64,000 bases of DNA, taken from the NCBI GenBank assembly GCA_033581555.1, contig JAVQSZ010000002.1, positions 96,001 through 160,000 of the forward strand, given 5' to 3'. Under the pieces are notes generated by a model that searched no databases, was not told where the DNA came from, and saw only the letters and a list, made by a program, of their open reading frames with translations. Within the stretch, counting starts at the first letter, position 1, and the number at the start of each line of letters is the position of its first letter. Of this stretch, positions 28,482 through 38,054 are shown piece by piece. The translations under genes were made by a program, and so were the position numbers. The stretch is from Nitrososphaerota archaeon. Lineage in GTDB: Archaea > Thermoproteota > Nitrososphaeria_A > Caldarchaeales > Calditenuaceae.

Positions 28482-29501
28482 GTGCCTCAGCCTATCGAGC
28501 TCCTCCTCGATCGCCCCGAAGTCCCGAGAGACTGCCCTGTAAGAGAGCCTGCCCCTGGTGGCGCGCTCCGCCAGGCCGATCTCGACCAAGAACTCGGCGT
28601 GGGATAAGGCCTCGAGGACAGCTAGCCAAGTGTCGACCGGGCCGAGCTCCTCGAACCTCCCCCTGGACCACGTGAGGCTTGCCGCGAGGCCGATCGCGTC
28701 CATCCAGCCGCCCATCGCCTCGAGCGCCTCCCTAAGCCTCTTCACGTGGTGCTCGAAGAGGAAGTCGACCCTCGCGCTGACGTCAGAGAACGGCTCGCCG
28801 TGGGCCGGGAGGACGACCGAGGGCCTGAGCGTCTCGGCCTTCACGAGGGACATTAGGTATGATCGGAGCGAGTTGTAACCCGGGATCGGGTAGAACGGGA
28901 CGTTCGAGGTCTCCCTCGGGAGCAGGTGGTCGCCTGAGATAAGGGCCCTGGTCTCCGAGTTGAGCACGCACACGTGCCCCGGCGTGTGGCCCGGCGTGTG
29001 GACGACCACCCACGGGCTCCCCTCGCCGCCCAACCTCTCGCCCTCGCTCACGGGACCTAAGTCCTCCGGCAGGAGCTTGACGTTCCGCTCGAAGAAGGAC
29101 CTGATCAGCTCCTTCACCCTCCCCTCGACGCCGAGCAGGTCGAAGAATCCCAGCTCGCTCCGAACCGCCCCCTTCACCATCTCCAGCACGCCGATGTCGC
29201 CTGGGTGCATGCGGACACCGCACCCGAAGACCTCTGCGACCGCCCTCGAGCCTCCCGAGTGGTCGTAATGGATGTGCGTCAGGACGACATCATAGGGACC
29301 GGAGCCGCCCGCGACCCTCTTGACCTCCCCGATCAGCAGCGAGGAACTGTCCGGGAAGCCAGTGTCGACCAGCGTCCACCTGCCGCCGGCCTTTAGGAGG
29401 TAGGCGTTGACGTGGTCGACGTACTCGGAGCTCGACCACATCCTCAGCCTCCAGACTCCTGGGAGGACCTCGGAGCTCTCCGCCTCCAACCGACCCCCCA
29501 A
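28467..29501 (-). CDS. MBL-fold metallo-hydrolase
   Basis: THIHYDH, HTPGH, SGDH, PAHG. Confidence 0.9.
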   Translation of the reverse strand: MGGRLEAESSEVLPGVWRLRMWSSSEYVDHVNAYLLKAGGRWTLVDTGFPDSSSLLIGEVKRVAGGSGPYDVVLTHIHYDHSGGSRAVAEVFGCGVRMHPGDIGVLEMVKGAVRSELGFFDLLGVEGRVKELIRSFFERNVKLLPEDLGPVSEGERLGGEGSPWVVVHTPGHTPGHVCVLNSETRALISGDHLLPRETSNVPFYPIPGYNSLRSYLMSLVKAETLRPSVVLPAHGEPFSDVSARVDFLFEHHVKRLREALEAMGGWMDAIGLAASLTWSRGRFEELGPVDTWLAVLEALSHAEFLVEIGLAERATRGRLSYRAVSRDFGAIEEELDRLRHSRVA

Positions 29502-29522
29502 GACCAGCCCCTCTAAAAACGG

Positions 29523-31247
29523 TTAGCCCAGGAGAGGAGGCCCGAGCTCGCCGACGTTCCTGACCCTCGACGCGATCAACGACCCGATCCACTCGGCGAG
29601 CTCCCCGACCTTGATGCCCCTCACTACCGTGCCCCTGTGGTCCCTGAGCGAGACTGTCCCCTCGCTCGCCTCTGCCTTCCCGACGATCGCGACGAAGGAG
29701 ACCCTCTGCCTGTGGGCCTCCCTGATCCTCCTCTCGAGCGTCCCCTCCGTCCAGACCTCTGTCCTGACTCCGTGCCCCTCGAGGAGCTCAGCGACCCTCC
29801 GCGCGTAGTCCGACTCGCCCTCGGTGACGGGCAGCACCGCCACCTGGACCGGTGTGAGCCAGACCGGAAGCCTACCGTTGTAGTGCTCGAGGAGAACGCC
29901 GATGAACCTCTCGAGGCTCCCGAGGATCGCCCTGTGTATCATCACCGGCCTCCGCCTGACGTTGTCCTGGTCGACGTACTCGAGCCCCAGCCTCTCGGGC
30001 ATGAAGAAGTCCAGCTGGACGGTCGTACACTGCCATCTCCTCCCCATCGAGTCCTCGACGTCGACGTCTATCTTCGGGCCGTAAAAGGCCCCCTCGCCGT
30101 GCTTGATCTGATAGCTCGCTCCGACCGCTTCCAGCGCCGACTTGAGGTCGGACTCGGCGACCTCCCAGAGCTCCGGGGTGCCGATGAACTTATCCGGCCT
30201 CGTCGAGAGGTTGACGTAGAGCCTGGCGCCGAGCGTCCTCTCCAGCACGTCGAACGCCGCCTCGAGTATCTCGGTGACTACCCGCTCGACCTGGTCGGGC
30301 CTCGCGAAGACGTGCCCGTCGTCCTGGGTGATGCTCCTGACCCTCAACAGGCCCGTCAGCTCGCCGGCCTGCTCGTTCCTGTAGACGGTCCCGAACTCCG
30401 AGAGCTTCACCGGGAGGTCCCTGTAACTCCTCGGCTTACTGGCGTAGATCATCGCGTGCCCTGGGCAGTTCATCGGCTTCAGGACGTACTCCTCGTCGCC
30501 GAGCGTGAAGTGGAACATCCTGTCCCTGAAGGTCTCGTAGTGTCCAGTCCTGTACCAGAGCGTCGACTTGAAGAGGTGGGGCGTCCAGACCTCCTGAAAA
30601 CCCAACCTTCTGTTAACCTCCCTGATCAGCCTGATCAGCTCGTCCCTGATGACGAACCCCCTCGGGTGGAAGAGGATCAGCCCAGGCCCCACGTTCTCGT
30701 TAACGCTGAAGACGTCAAGCTCCCTCCCGAGCGATATGTGGACCGGCTCAGCCTGCTTGACCTCGACCGCGGCGACCGCACCGCTCTCCTGCTCGGCCCG
30801 TCGGACCTGCGCCCGCTCGGCCCCCCTCCTCGCGACCTCCTTGGTCACGACCCTCAGCTGCTCCGCGAGCGGGTGGCCCTTCACCGAGACCGAGAACCTC
30901 TTGTTCCACCCGAAGGGAGCCCTGTGGACCTCAATCCCGAGACCCGCCGCGCGGTCGGCCATGAACCTGATCAGCTCGAGGGCCTTCGAAGGCGGAGCGA
31001 GGTCCGGGCTCAGGTGGGCATAGGGGTAGATCAGGAGCCTCTTGGCCCCAAGCCGGTCCATCGCTTCCTTCACCTGCCTCACCATCTCCTCAGCGACCTC
31101 CTCTCCGTCGTCACGCTCGACGGTCGTAAAGAGCACAAGGAGGTCCTCGTGCCTCTTGACGCGCCTCTCGGCCTCCTCGTGGACCGGCCCCTCGACCGCG
31201 ATCGGCTCGTACTCGATCGAGTCGACGTGGAGCTGCAGCGCCCTCAT
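29523..31247 (-). CDS. thrS: Threonine--tRNA ligase with archaeal editing domain
   Basis: YPYAHLS and GHPLAE editing domain; KPMNCPGH, GAFYGPKID, HRAILGSLERF. Confidence 0.96.
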   Translation of the reverse strand: MRALQLHVDSIEYEPIAVEGPVHEEAERRVKRHEDLLVLFTTVERDDGEEVAEEMVRQVKEAMDRLGAKRLLIYPYAHLSPDLAPPSKALELIRFMADRAAGLGIEVHRAPFGWNKRFSVSVKGHPLAEQLRVVTKEVARRGAERAQVRRAEQESGAVAAVEVKQAEPVHISLGRELDVFSVNENVGPGLILFHPRGFVIRDELIRLIREVNRRLGFQEVWTPHLFKSTLWYRTGHYETFRDRMFHFTLGDEEYVLKPMNCPGHAMIYASKPRSYRDLPVKLSEFGTVYRNEQAGELTGLLRVRSITQDDGHVFARPDQVERVVTEILEAAFDVLERTLGARLYVNLSTRPDKFIGTPELWEVAESDLKSALEAVGASYQIKHGEGAFYGPKIDVDVEDSMGRRWQCTTVQLDFFMPERLGLEYVDQDNVRRRPVMIHRAILGSLERFIGVLLEHYNGRLPVWLTPVQVAVLPVTEGESDYARRVAELLEGHGVRTEVWTEGTLERRIREAHRQRVSFVAIVGKAEASEGTVSLRDHRGTVVRGIKVGELAEWIGSLIASRVRNVGELGPPLLG

Positions 31248-31344
31248 TCCCCCGCAGAGGGCCCCCGGTCGACCATAACTTAAACGGGTACCGTTCGGGA
31301 CCGCGCGGTTCAGGGTTATCTACTTGGGGCTCGAGGGGCGCGGC

Positions 31345-31641
31345 GTGAGCTCGATCGATGACGTGAGGATCGAATCGGTCGAAACCGAGGGGAAGGTCAG
31401 CCTCTTCAAGGGCAGGGCGAGGGTCTCGGGGGTCGAGGTGCGGTTCAGCGGGATAGCAGTCTACACGATCGGAGGTCCGACGGTCGGGATTGAGCTCGAC
31501 GAGGACTCGAGGCTGAGCCTCGCTGCGATGGGGGTCTCCGGAGAGGCAATCGACGAGCTCCTCGGCGAGCTGACGAGGCGCATAGTTGAGGGGGATTTGA
31601 TCCTCGCGGGAGAGAAGAGGGTCAGGGGTCAGCCCCTTTGA
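31345..31641 (+). CDS. Hypothetical protein
   Basis: Host-like ORF coupled to the next gene; start set to GTG 31345. Confidence 0.6.
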   Translation: MSSIDDVRIESVETEGKVSLFKGRARVSGVEVRFSGIAVYTIGGPTVGIELDEDSRLSLAAMGVSGEAIDELLGELTRRIVEGDLILAGEKRVRGQPL

Positions 31642-32069
31642 CGGAGCGAGGGCCTCAGGACCCGTTCGAGGCGGTGGTCTCGGCCTACGAGTCGATCGGG
31701 CGCGGAGACGTCGAGTCGCTCATCGAGGCCTACGCAGAGGGATACACGCTGGTCAGCGAGCTGAACCCCGGGGAGCTCCTCGAGCCCGAGAGGGCGATCG
31801 CGACGAGGAGGTCGATGCCTGCTCAGATCGCCGACCTCGAGTTCAAGCTTGAGGAGGTTCACACAAGGCGGATCGGGAACGACGCGGCGCTGGTCGTCTA
31901 CAGGCTGAGGTACAAGGGGATCCTCGTCTACCAGTATAGGTTCGAAGGAGCTTATCTCGAGGTCGAGGCGATTGGGACCGCGCTCCTAGTGAGGGAGGGA
32001 GAGAGGTGGAAGATCGTCCACGAACACCTCACGCCGCTAACGCGCCCCTTAGACGTCACCTCTCGGTGA
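31638..32069 (+). CDS. NTF2/SnoaL-like (DUF4440-type) protein
   Basis: GDVESL...WKIVHEH. Confidence 0.8.
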   Translation: MTERGPQDPFEAVVSAYESIGRGDVESLIEAYAEGYTLVSELNPGELLEPERAIATRRSMPAQIADLEFKLEEVHTRRIGNDAALVVYRLRYKGILVYQYRFEGAYLEVEAIGTALLVREGERWKIVHEHLTPLTRPLDVTSR

Positions 32070-32442
32070 GCCAGCCGATCACGCCCTCTGGGTCCTCGGT
32101 CTCGACGTAGACGTCGATCCACCCGATCTCAGGTATCTCGTCCTCCTCGAGGAAGGAGACCGTCCCGACGTAGGCGGCCTGCTTGCTCAGGACCAGCCTC
32201 ACGTAGCCCGTGCCGGAGTAGGACCTGATGATCCGCTCGGCCGCAGCCCTCACCTTCCTCCTCCTCAAGTTCTCCTTTAGGTACTTGAGAGAGGAGAGCT
32301 GGTCGGACTCGCCGTAGACCTCGACAGACCCTCCCCTCTCCCTCACCTCGAATTTCACCTCGGGGAACAACCTCGAGACCGCGGCCAAGACCTTCCTCTG
32401 GTCCTCGGTCGGCTTGACCTCCGCTACGATCCTCACCCTCAC
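32056..32442 (-). CDS. DUF54 family putative RNA-binding protein
   Basis: VKPTEDQRKV, KQAAYVG. Confidence 0.85.
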   Translation of the reverse strand: MRVRIVAEVKPTEDQRKVLAAVSRLFPEVKFEVRERGGSVEVYGESDQLSSLKYLKENLRRRKVRAAAERIIRSYSGTGYVRLVLSKQAAYVGTVSFLEEDEIPEIGWIDVYVETEDPEGVIGWLTER

Positions 32443-32504
32443 GCGGCCTCCACGTGAAGCCCGCGACTAAAAGTCAAATGAGCGGTCTGGCCCAGCGGTG
32501 GCCG

Positions 32505-32909
32505 ATGGCGAAGTTCTCCGTCACGTTGAAAGGAAGGAGCGCGGACGCGACGGTCCACGCGGACAGCCTCGAAGAGCTCAGGTCGTTGGTAGCGGAGGTT
32601 AAGGCCCTCCTCGACGAGCTCGACGGTCACGGTGCCGAGCCCGAGGCTCGAGCGTTGCTGGGGAAGAGGAGGGGGTCGTCGGAGGCGGCGCTAGCGCTCG
32701 AGGCGATCGGGTCGCTGCTCGTGCCGAGGGGCTTCTTCGCAAAGCCCAGGAAGACCTCGGAGGTCAGGGATGAGATCGAGCGGCTTACCGGGCTGAAGCT
32801 TCAGAGCAGGAAGGTGAGTCAAGCCCTGGGATACCTCTACAAGAGGGGCCGGCTCCGGAGGTTGGGCTCGAAGGGCGAGGACTCCTATGTCTCGGCTCAA
32901 ACTAACTAA
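32505..32909 (+). CDS. Hypothetical wHTH protein
   Basis: GFFAKPRKTSEV...VSQALGYLYKRGRLRR wHTH; start set to ATG 32505. Confidence 0.65.
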   Translation: MAKFSVTLKGRSADATVHADSLEELRSLVAEVKALLDELDGHGAEPEARALLGKRRGSSEAALALEAIGSLLVPRGFFAKPRKTSEVRDEIERLTGLKLQSRKVSQALGYLYKRGRLRRLGSKGEDSYVSAQTN

Positions 32910-32933
32910 CCGGCACCCTCGGAGAGGGACGCG

Positions 32934-32998
32934 GGCAGGCGATGACTGGTTTGACCAGGTCCGAGCGGTGAGGTCCCACGGGACAGGTCGAGCCTGCC
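32934..32998 (+). ncRNA. Candidate C/D-box guide sRNA
   Basis: 7-bp terminal stem GGCAGGC/GCCTGCC; box C-like CGATGA, D'-like CCGA, C'-like GGTGAGG, D-like TCGA; two ~14-nt guides; intergenic. Confidence 0.6.
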
Positions 32999-33032
32999 AT
33001 CCTTTATACGGGCGCTCGTTGACCTTGGAGTG

Positions 33033-33410
33033 ATGTCGGAGGGCGATGACATCGAGCTGAGGCTGATCAGGTTGAGGAGGCTGAGTAGGCTGATGGCCTC
33101 GAGGGTGGCCCAGGAAGCGAAGACCGTCGATGACAAGAGGTCGGCCGTCGAGGAGCTGAAGGCTCATTTGGACGAGAGGGGGATCGAGGTGTTGGAGGAG
33201 GCCCGAGAGCTGAACCCGACTTTGGCCGAAAGAGTCGCGGAAGCGCTGCTGAACGCCGTGAGGGGCGGGAGGCTCGAGTCGCCCATCGATGCCGGCGCTC
33301 TCCTAAGGCTCTTCAGGTCATTAGGCCTCCCGGTCAGGCCATCGACGTCCGTTAAGGTCCTCAAGGACGGAGAGGTCAAGGACCTCAGCAAGTACCTCGC
33401 GGAGCGCTAA
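33033..33410 (+). CDS. PDCD5-like dsDNA-binding protein paralog
   Basis: DDIELRLIRLRRL N-terminus and PDCD5-like helical core; TTTATA ~25 nt upstream. Confidence 0.7.
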   Translation: MSEGDDIELRLIRLRRLSRLMASRVAQEAKTVDDKRSAVEELKAHLDERGIEVLEEARELNPTLAERVAEALLNAVRGGRLESPIDAGALLRLFRSLGLPVRPSTSVKVLKDGEVKDLSKYLAER

Positions 33411-33453
33411 TCGTCAACCCGCTCGAAAACGCTTAATCGCGCTCGGGACGTCG

Positions 33454-34851
33454 ATGACCGGTTTGGAGGGCTACAGCTCGCCTTCGAGCACAGACCTCGA
33501 GAGGCTCAGAAGGGTCCTGGGGCCGGAGGACGTCTCGACCGACCGGTACGACCTCATCACGAACTCGCTGGACGCCTTTCCCGGGGAGGTCCACTTACCC
33601 GACGCGGTCGTCTGGCCCGAGACCCCTGCGGAGGTCTCAGAGGTGCTGAGGCTCGCGAACGAGCGACGAATTCCGGTCTACGTCAGGGGCGCGGGCACCG
33701 GGCTCGCGGGCGCCTGCGTCCCGGTCTACGGGGGGATCGTGATGAACACGATGAAGATGAACAGGGTCCTCGAAGTCAGGCCCCTGGACTTCCAGGTCGA
33801 CGTTCAGCCAGGCGTGATCTACGACCAGCTCAACGCCCACCTCGCGCCCTACGGGCTCTTCTTCCCCCCTGACCCTGGAAGCAGCAGGTCCTGCACGATC
33901 GGCGGGATGATTGCGAACAACGCCTCGGGGCTGAGGGCGGTGAGGTACGGCGTCACGAGGGACTACGTCCTCTCGGTGGAGGTGGTGCTGCCCACGGGAA
34001 AGCAGATGCGTGTCGGGGTGAACGTCTTCAAGTCATCGATCGGGTACGACCTGGTCAGGCTGCTAGTCGGTTCGGAGGGGACGCTGGGGGTGATAACCGG
34101 CTCTACGCTGAGGCTGAGGAGGCTCCCGAGGCACAGGATGACCGTCGCGGCCTACTTCGACTCGATCGAAGGTGGAGTGTCGGCGATCGGCTCGATCAGG
34201 CAGGAGGGCCTTGAGCCGGCGGCGATCGAGTTCCTCGACAGGGTCCACCTCGAGCTGATCTCGGCGCACTCGAGCGTGCTCCTCCCGTCCCACGAGTGCA
34301 TGCTGATCCTCGAGTTCCACGGGTACTCGGCCAGCGGCGTGGGTGACGAGGTGAGGGCCGCCGCAGCCATACTCGGCGAGAGCGGCGCGGTCCTGGTCGA
34401 CCTCCCGAGGGACCCGGAGGAGGAGCAGCGGATTTGGGAGGCGAGGAAGGCGCTTTACCCCTCGGTGACTAGGGCCTGCAGGGCGCCGATAACTGGGGAC
34501 GTAATCGTCCCGCTCTCGAGGCTGATGGAGACGGTGATGAAGGCGTACGAGCTCGGCAGGAGATACGGCGTGAGGGTCGGAGTCGCAGGACACCTCGGCG
34601 ACGGGAACATTCACGCGAACTGGCTCACCGAAGGCCGCGACACCGATTCGTGGAAAAGGGCCTGGAGGGCTAACGCGGAGCTTGTGAGCTACGCGATCTC
34701 GGTGGGGGGCGCGGCCTCCGCGGAGCACGGCATAGGGATCGAGAAGAAGGAGTTCATGAGGGAGCAGCACGGCGACACCCTCGAGCTGATGCGGCGGATC
34801 AAGGAGCTCTTCGACCCCAACTGGATCCTCAACCCGGGAATAATGCTCTGA
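33454..34851 (+). CDS. FAD-linked oxidase (GlcD/D-lactate dehydrogenase family)
   Basis: RGAGTG, PPDPGS, GSEGTLG, GHLGDGNIH, EHGIG, FDPNWILNPG. Confidence 0.93.
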   Translation: MTGLEGYSSPSSTDLERLRRVLGPEDVSTDRYDLITNSLDAFPGEVHLPDAVVWPETPAEVSEVLRLANERRIPVYVRGAGTGLAGACVPVYGGIVMNTMKMNRVLEVRPLDFQVDVQPGVIYDQLNAHLAPYGLFFPPDPGSSRSCTIGGMIANNASGLRAVRYGVTRDYVLSVEVVLPTGKQMRVGVNVFKSSIGYDLVRLLVGSEGTLGVITGSTLRLRRLPRHRMTVAAYFDSIEGGVSAIGSIRQEGLEPAAIEFLDRVHLELISAHSSVLLPSHECMLILEFHGYSASGVGDEVRAAAAILGESGAVLVDLPRDPEEEQRIWEARKALYPSVTRACRAPITGDVIVPLSRLMETVMKAYELGRRYGVRVGVAGHLGDGNIHANWLTEGRDTDSWKRAWRANAELVSYAISVGGAASAEHGIGIEKKEFMREQHGDTLELMRRIKELFDPNWILNPGIML

Positions 34852-34921
34852 GGACCATCCACGACAAGCCTGTTTATGTTCGCATACCGTTAAATCGCCG
34901 ACGTGCTGTTAAGTCTCAGAC

Positions 34922-35794
34922 ATGCTTTCAGCCCTGAAGTCCGGATGGGCCTGGGCTTCGGTCTTCGCCGCGGCACTAGTCCTGTCCTCGGTTCTGACCG
35001 TGGGCCTCAGCGAGCAGTCCTACTTCGTCTACGAGTACCGGCTTGAGCGCGCTGACGGACCGTCCGTCTCAGGGAAGCTGAGGGTCACCGCGACCGAGGT
35101 AGGCGAGGGGACGGTCAGGCTTAGGGTTGACTTCACCTTCAACGACGGCGTCGCGTCGCTCGAGAAGAACGTCCCCGCATCGGCCTTCATCGTCCCTACG
35201 CTGCCCGCTGACTTCTCGCCGGGCACCTTCAGCTACTCAAGGGGGAACTACTCGCTCCTCGTGACCGTCGAGGAGGTCGGAAGGGCCCAGAGACAGGTCG
35301 GAGGTAGGACTTACCAGACCGTGAGCTACTCGGTCAGGGCGGTCTCTGCAGTCGGCGGCGACCGGCGCACCGAGTTCACAGCGACGGTCGAGGCGATCGA
35401 GCCGTCTAGGGTGATCTACGCCCACTCGGCCTCGCTCGCGTCGGATGGCCGATGGTTGAAGTCCCTTGAGCTCAAGCTCACCGACTCGAACATCGACCTC
35501 GCTTCTGTCAGGCCTGCTGCTACCTCGTTCGCGGTCGAGAGGCTGCTGACCGTCCCCTACGCGTCCGGCGTCATCGAGGCGGGCTCGGGCATCGCGTCCT
35601 CTGGGTCTAACCCCTTGAAGCCTGTGGGTCCGGGAGCCTCGGTCGAGCAGGCCTCCCAGGACCAGGGCCTCAGGGTCGCAGCGGTCGGCGTCGCTGGCCT
35701 CGCAGCAGTAGCGGCGGTCGCGGTCCTCTCGCTGAGGGCCTCCAGGAGGACGGGTCCCGCTGACGCGGCTCTGGGGAAGCCTCATTACGTCTGA
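34922..35794 (+). CDS. Exported, membrane-anchored hypothetical protein
   Basis: N-terminal hydrophobic signal, beta-rich body, C-terminal TM plus basic tail. Confidence 0.7.
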   Translation: MLSALKSGWAWASVFAAALVLSSVLTVGLSEQSYFVYEYRLERADGPSVSGKLRVTATEVGEGTVRLRVDFTFNDGVASLEKNVPASAFIVPTLPADFSPGTFSYSRGNYSLLVTVEEVGRAQRQVGGRTYQTVSYSVRAVSAVGGDRRTEFTATVEAIEPSRVIYAHSASLASDGRWLKSLELKLTDSNIDLASVRPAATSFAVERLLTVPYASGVIEAGSGIASSGSNPLKPVGPGASVEQASQDQGLRVAAVGVAGLAAVAAVAVLSLRASRRTGPADAALGKPHYV

Positions 35795-35806
35795 GGGCCC
35801 GAGGGC

Positions 35807-36745
35807 TTGGGAGCGGTCATAAGGGTCGAGTCTCTGGTCAAGGAGTACCGGGACGGAGGGAGGGTTGGGCCTATAACTCTCACCGTGGGTCAGTCGGAGG
35901 TCTACGGGCTCGTTGGCCCGAACGGCTCCGGGAAGACTACCACGCTGAGGGCGGTCCTGGGGCTCCTCAGGCCTACGTCAGGACGCGTCGAGGTCCTCGG
36001 CGCCGACCCTTTCGAGGACCCCAAGAGGGTCAACTCCCGCGTCGGTTACTCCCCGGAGCTCCCGACCTTCCCGGCCTTCTTCACCGCAAGGAAGCTGCTC
36101 GAGGTGACCTGCAGGCTGAAGGGCATGAGCCTCCAGGAGACGAAGAGGGAGGTCGAGAGGGTGCTCGACCTGACCGGGCTGGTCAGGCACGCCGACAGGA
36201 GGGTCGCTGGCTTCTCGAAGGGGATGATACAGAGGCTCTCAATCGGCCAGGCCCTCGTCGGCGACCCGGATCTCCTGATCCTCGACGAGCCGATGCTCGG
36301 GGTCGACCCGGTCGGGAGGGTCCACATCAGGGAAGTCCTGCAGGAGGAGAGGAGGCAGGGCAAGACGATCGTCTTCTCCTCCCACGAGCTGTACGAGGTC
36401 GAGAGGGTCTCCGACAGGGTTGCGATGGTCTACATGGGGAGGACCGTGCTCGAGGGGTCGGTCGCGGACCTGCTGAGACCGAGCGAGGACGTCGTCCTCG
36501 AGGTCAGGGTGAAGAGGCCGCCGGCCGACGGCGTGAGGAACGCCATTCTGAGGACTGAAGGGGTGAGGTCGCTGGAGATCGACGGCCAGGCCCTGAGGGT
36601 CGTATTCGATGGGTCGAGGGACCCGAGGGAGGAGATCGCGGACCTGCTGGTCAGGTCGGGTTGCGGGCTGCTCGAGATGAGGACGGCCCCGCCTTCGCTC
36701 GAGGACGTCTTCGTCAAGGTGGTCAGGGATGGCGTCCACTCTTAG
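35807..36745 (+). CDS. ABC-2 exporter ATP-binding subunit
   Basis: GPNGSGKT, FSKGM, LDEP, SSH. Confidence 0.93.
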   Translation: MGAVIRVESLVKEYRDGGRVGPITLTVGQSEVYGLVGPNGSGKTTTLRAVLGLLRPTSGRVEVLGADPFEDPKRVNSRVGYSPELPTFPAFFTARKLLEVTCRLKGMSLQETKREVERVLDLTGLVRHADRRVAGFSKGMIQRLSIGQALVGDPDLLILDEPMLGVDPVGRVHIREVLQEERRQGKTIVFSSHELYEVERVSDRVAMVYMGRTVLEGSVADLLRPSEDVVLEVRVKRPPADGVRNAILRTEGVRSLEIDGQALRVVFDGSRDPREEIADLLVRSGCGLLEMRTAPPSLEDVFVKVVRDGVHS

Positions 36746-37580
36746 GGCCCTGACGGTGCTCGTCGAGTACGAGTTATTGCGCAGTTTAGCGAGGCGCCGC
36801 GTGCTCCTCCTGCTGACAGCGACCCTGCTCCTCGAGGTCGCGATCTACTTCGTCCTCACGAGGCTCCCGCCCCTCTTCGTGAACCCGATAAGGCAGTATG
36901 CGTGGTCGGTCGGGCTGATCGCGCCCTCCACGGCCCTCCTTCACGTCCTCGCGATCACGATCGGCGCCTCGGCGTCCTCGGAGGAGTACGAGACCGGCAC
37001 GGCGGACTTCTGGTTCACGAGGCCGATCTCGAGGCTCGAGTATTTCGCGGGCAAGACGCTGGGAGGCCTGCTACTCCTCGGGTCCATCATAGCCCTATAC
37101 TCTTCGTTGGCCCTGGTCCTGTCCTGGTACGCCTTCGGCCCTCAGTCGAGGCTCGACGCCCTCGTCCTGGGCATCGCGGCCTCTCTCGCCTCCGCGGCGC
37201 CCTCGTTCGCGCTGGGCGTGGCGCTCGGCGAGCTGACCAGGAGGAGCATGATCGCGATACTCCTCGGCGGAATCCTCTTCTTCGGGTCGGTGCTGTTCCA
37301 GAGCTACGCGAACGTCGTCGCGGTCCTCAACAATGACAGGTCGCTCCTCGAGATCGCCTCCTACCTTCCCAGCTGGGGCGCGGTGGGCTACACGGTCACC
37401 GTGGTCTCTGAACTCCTGAACCTGCGCGGCTTCGCGGCAAGCTTCTTCGCGGCCGCTTCCGGGCTCACGCTCGTTGACGTCGGGAGGGCCCACCTCAGCA
37501 TCCTCGCGTACTCGGTCGCGCCCTTCCTCGCGGCCTGGTTCAGGCTCAGGTACGGCGACGTCACGAGGCGGTCTGCCTGA
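36729..37580 (+). CDS. ABC-2 exporter permease
   Basis: EEYETGT...TRPISR...GK motif; about 6 TM helices. Confidence 0.88.
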   Translation: MASTLRALTVLVEYELLRSLARRRVLLLLTATLLLEVAIYFVLTRLPPLFVNPIRQYAWSVGLIAPSTALLHVLAITIGASASSEEYETGTADFWFTRPISRLEYFAGKTLGGLLLLGSIIALYSSLALVLSWYAFGPQSRLDALVLGIAASLASAAPSFALGVALGELTRRSMIAILLGGILFFGSVLFQSYANVVAVLNNDRSLLEIASYLPSWGAVGYTVTVVSELLNLRGFAASFFAAASGLTLVDVGRAHLSILAYSVAPFLAAWFRLRYGDVTRRSA

Positions 37581-37623
37581 CCGGAATTTGGCTTAAATTC
37601 AGCTGATCCCTAGGGGCGTAGAG

Positions 37624-37779
37624 ATGTCGAAGAAGACCCTGCCCAAGAAGAAGAGGCTGGCCGCGGCGACGAAGAGGGCGAAGCCGGTCCCGGCGTGGAT
37701 AAGGCTGAGGACCGGGAACGAGGTGACGGTCAGCAGGAGGCAGAGGAACTGGAGGCGGTCCGCAAGCGTGAAGCCGTGA
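37624..37779 (+). CDS. rpl39e: 50S ribosomal protein L39e
   Basis: Not in the track. MSKKTLPKKKRLAAATKRAKPVPAWIRLRT...RRQRNWRRS, upstream of rpl31e. Confidence 0.93.
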   Translation: MSKKTLPKKKRLAAATKRAKPVPAWIRLRTGNEVTVSRRQRNWRRSASVKP

Positions 37780-37784
37780 GGTGA

Positions 37785-38054
37785 GTGAGGGTGACCGAGA
37801 GGAAGTGGGAGGTCACGCTGAACCTTAGGGACGCGTACGAGTCCAAGCGGTTGAGGAGGGCGAAGAGGGCGATCACCCTACTGAAGGAGAAGGCGAGGAG
37901 GATCGCGAAGGCGAAGAGCGTCGTGATCGACCAGTCCCTGAACGAGGTCTTCTGGAGCAGATCCGCATCAAGGCCGCCGAGGAGGCTCAAGGTCGTGATC
38001 GAGAAGGTCGACGACGAGACTGCTGAGGTCAAGCTGTCCGGTTCGGAGGGGTGA
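37785..38054 (+). CDS. rpl31e: 50S ribosomal protein L31e
   Basis: RAKRAI...IDQSLNEVFWSRSASRPPRRLKV. Confidence 0.93.
   Translation: MRVTERKWEVTLNLRDAYESKRLRRAKRAITLLKEKARRIAKAKSVVIDQSLNEVFWSRSASRPPRRLKVVIEKVDDETAEVKLSGSEG

Noticed and set aside
29637-31283. 548-aa + strand ORF (also 24330-25721, 17098-18192, 47183-48160 and similar)
   Set aside because: Antisense shadows of real genes (thrS, PINA, ychF and others), expected from high-GC codon bias; no motifs.
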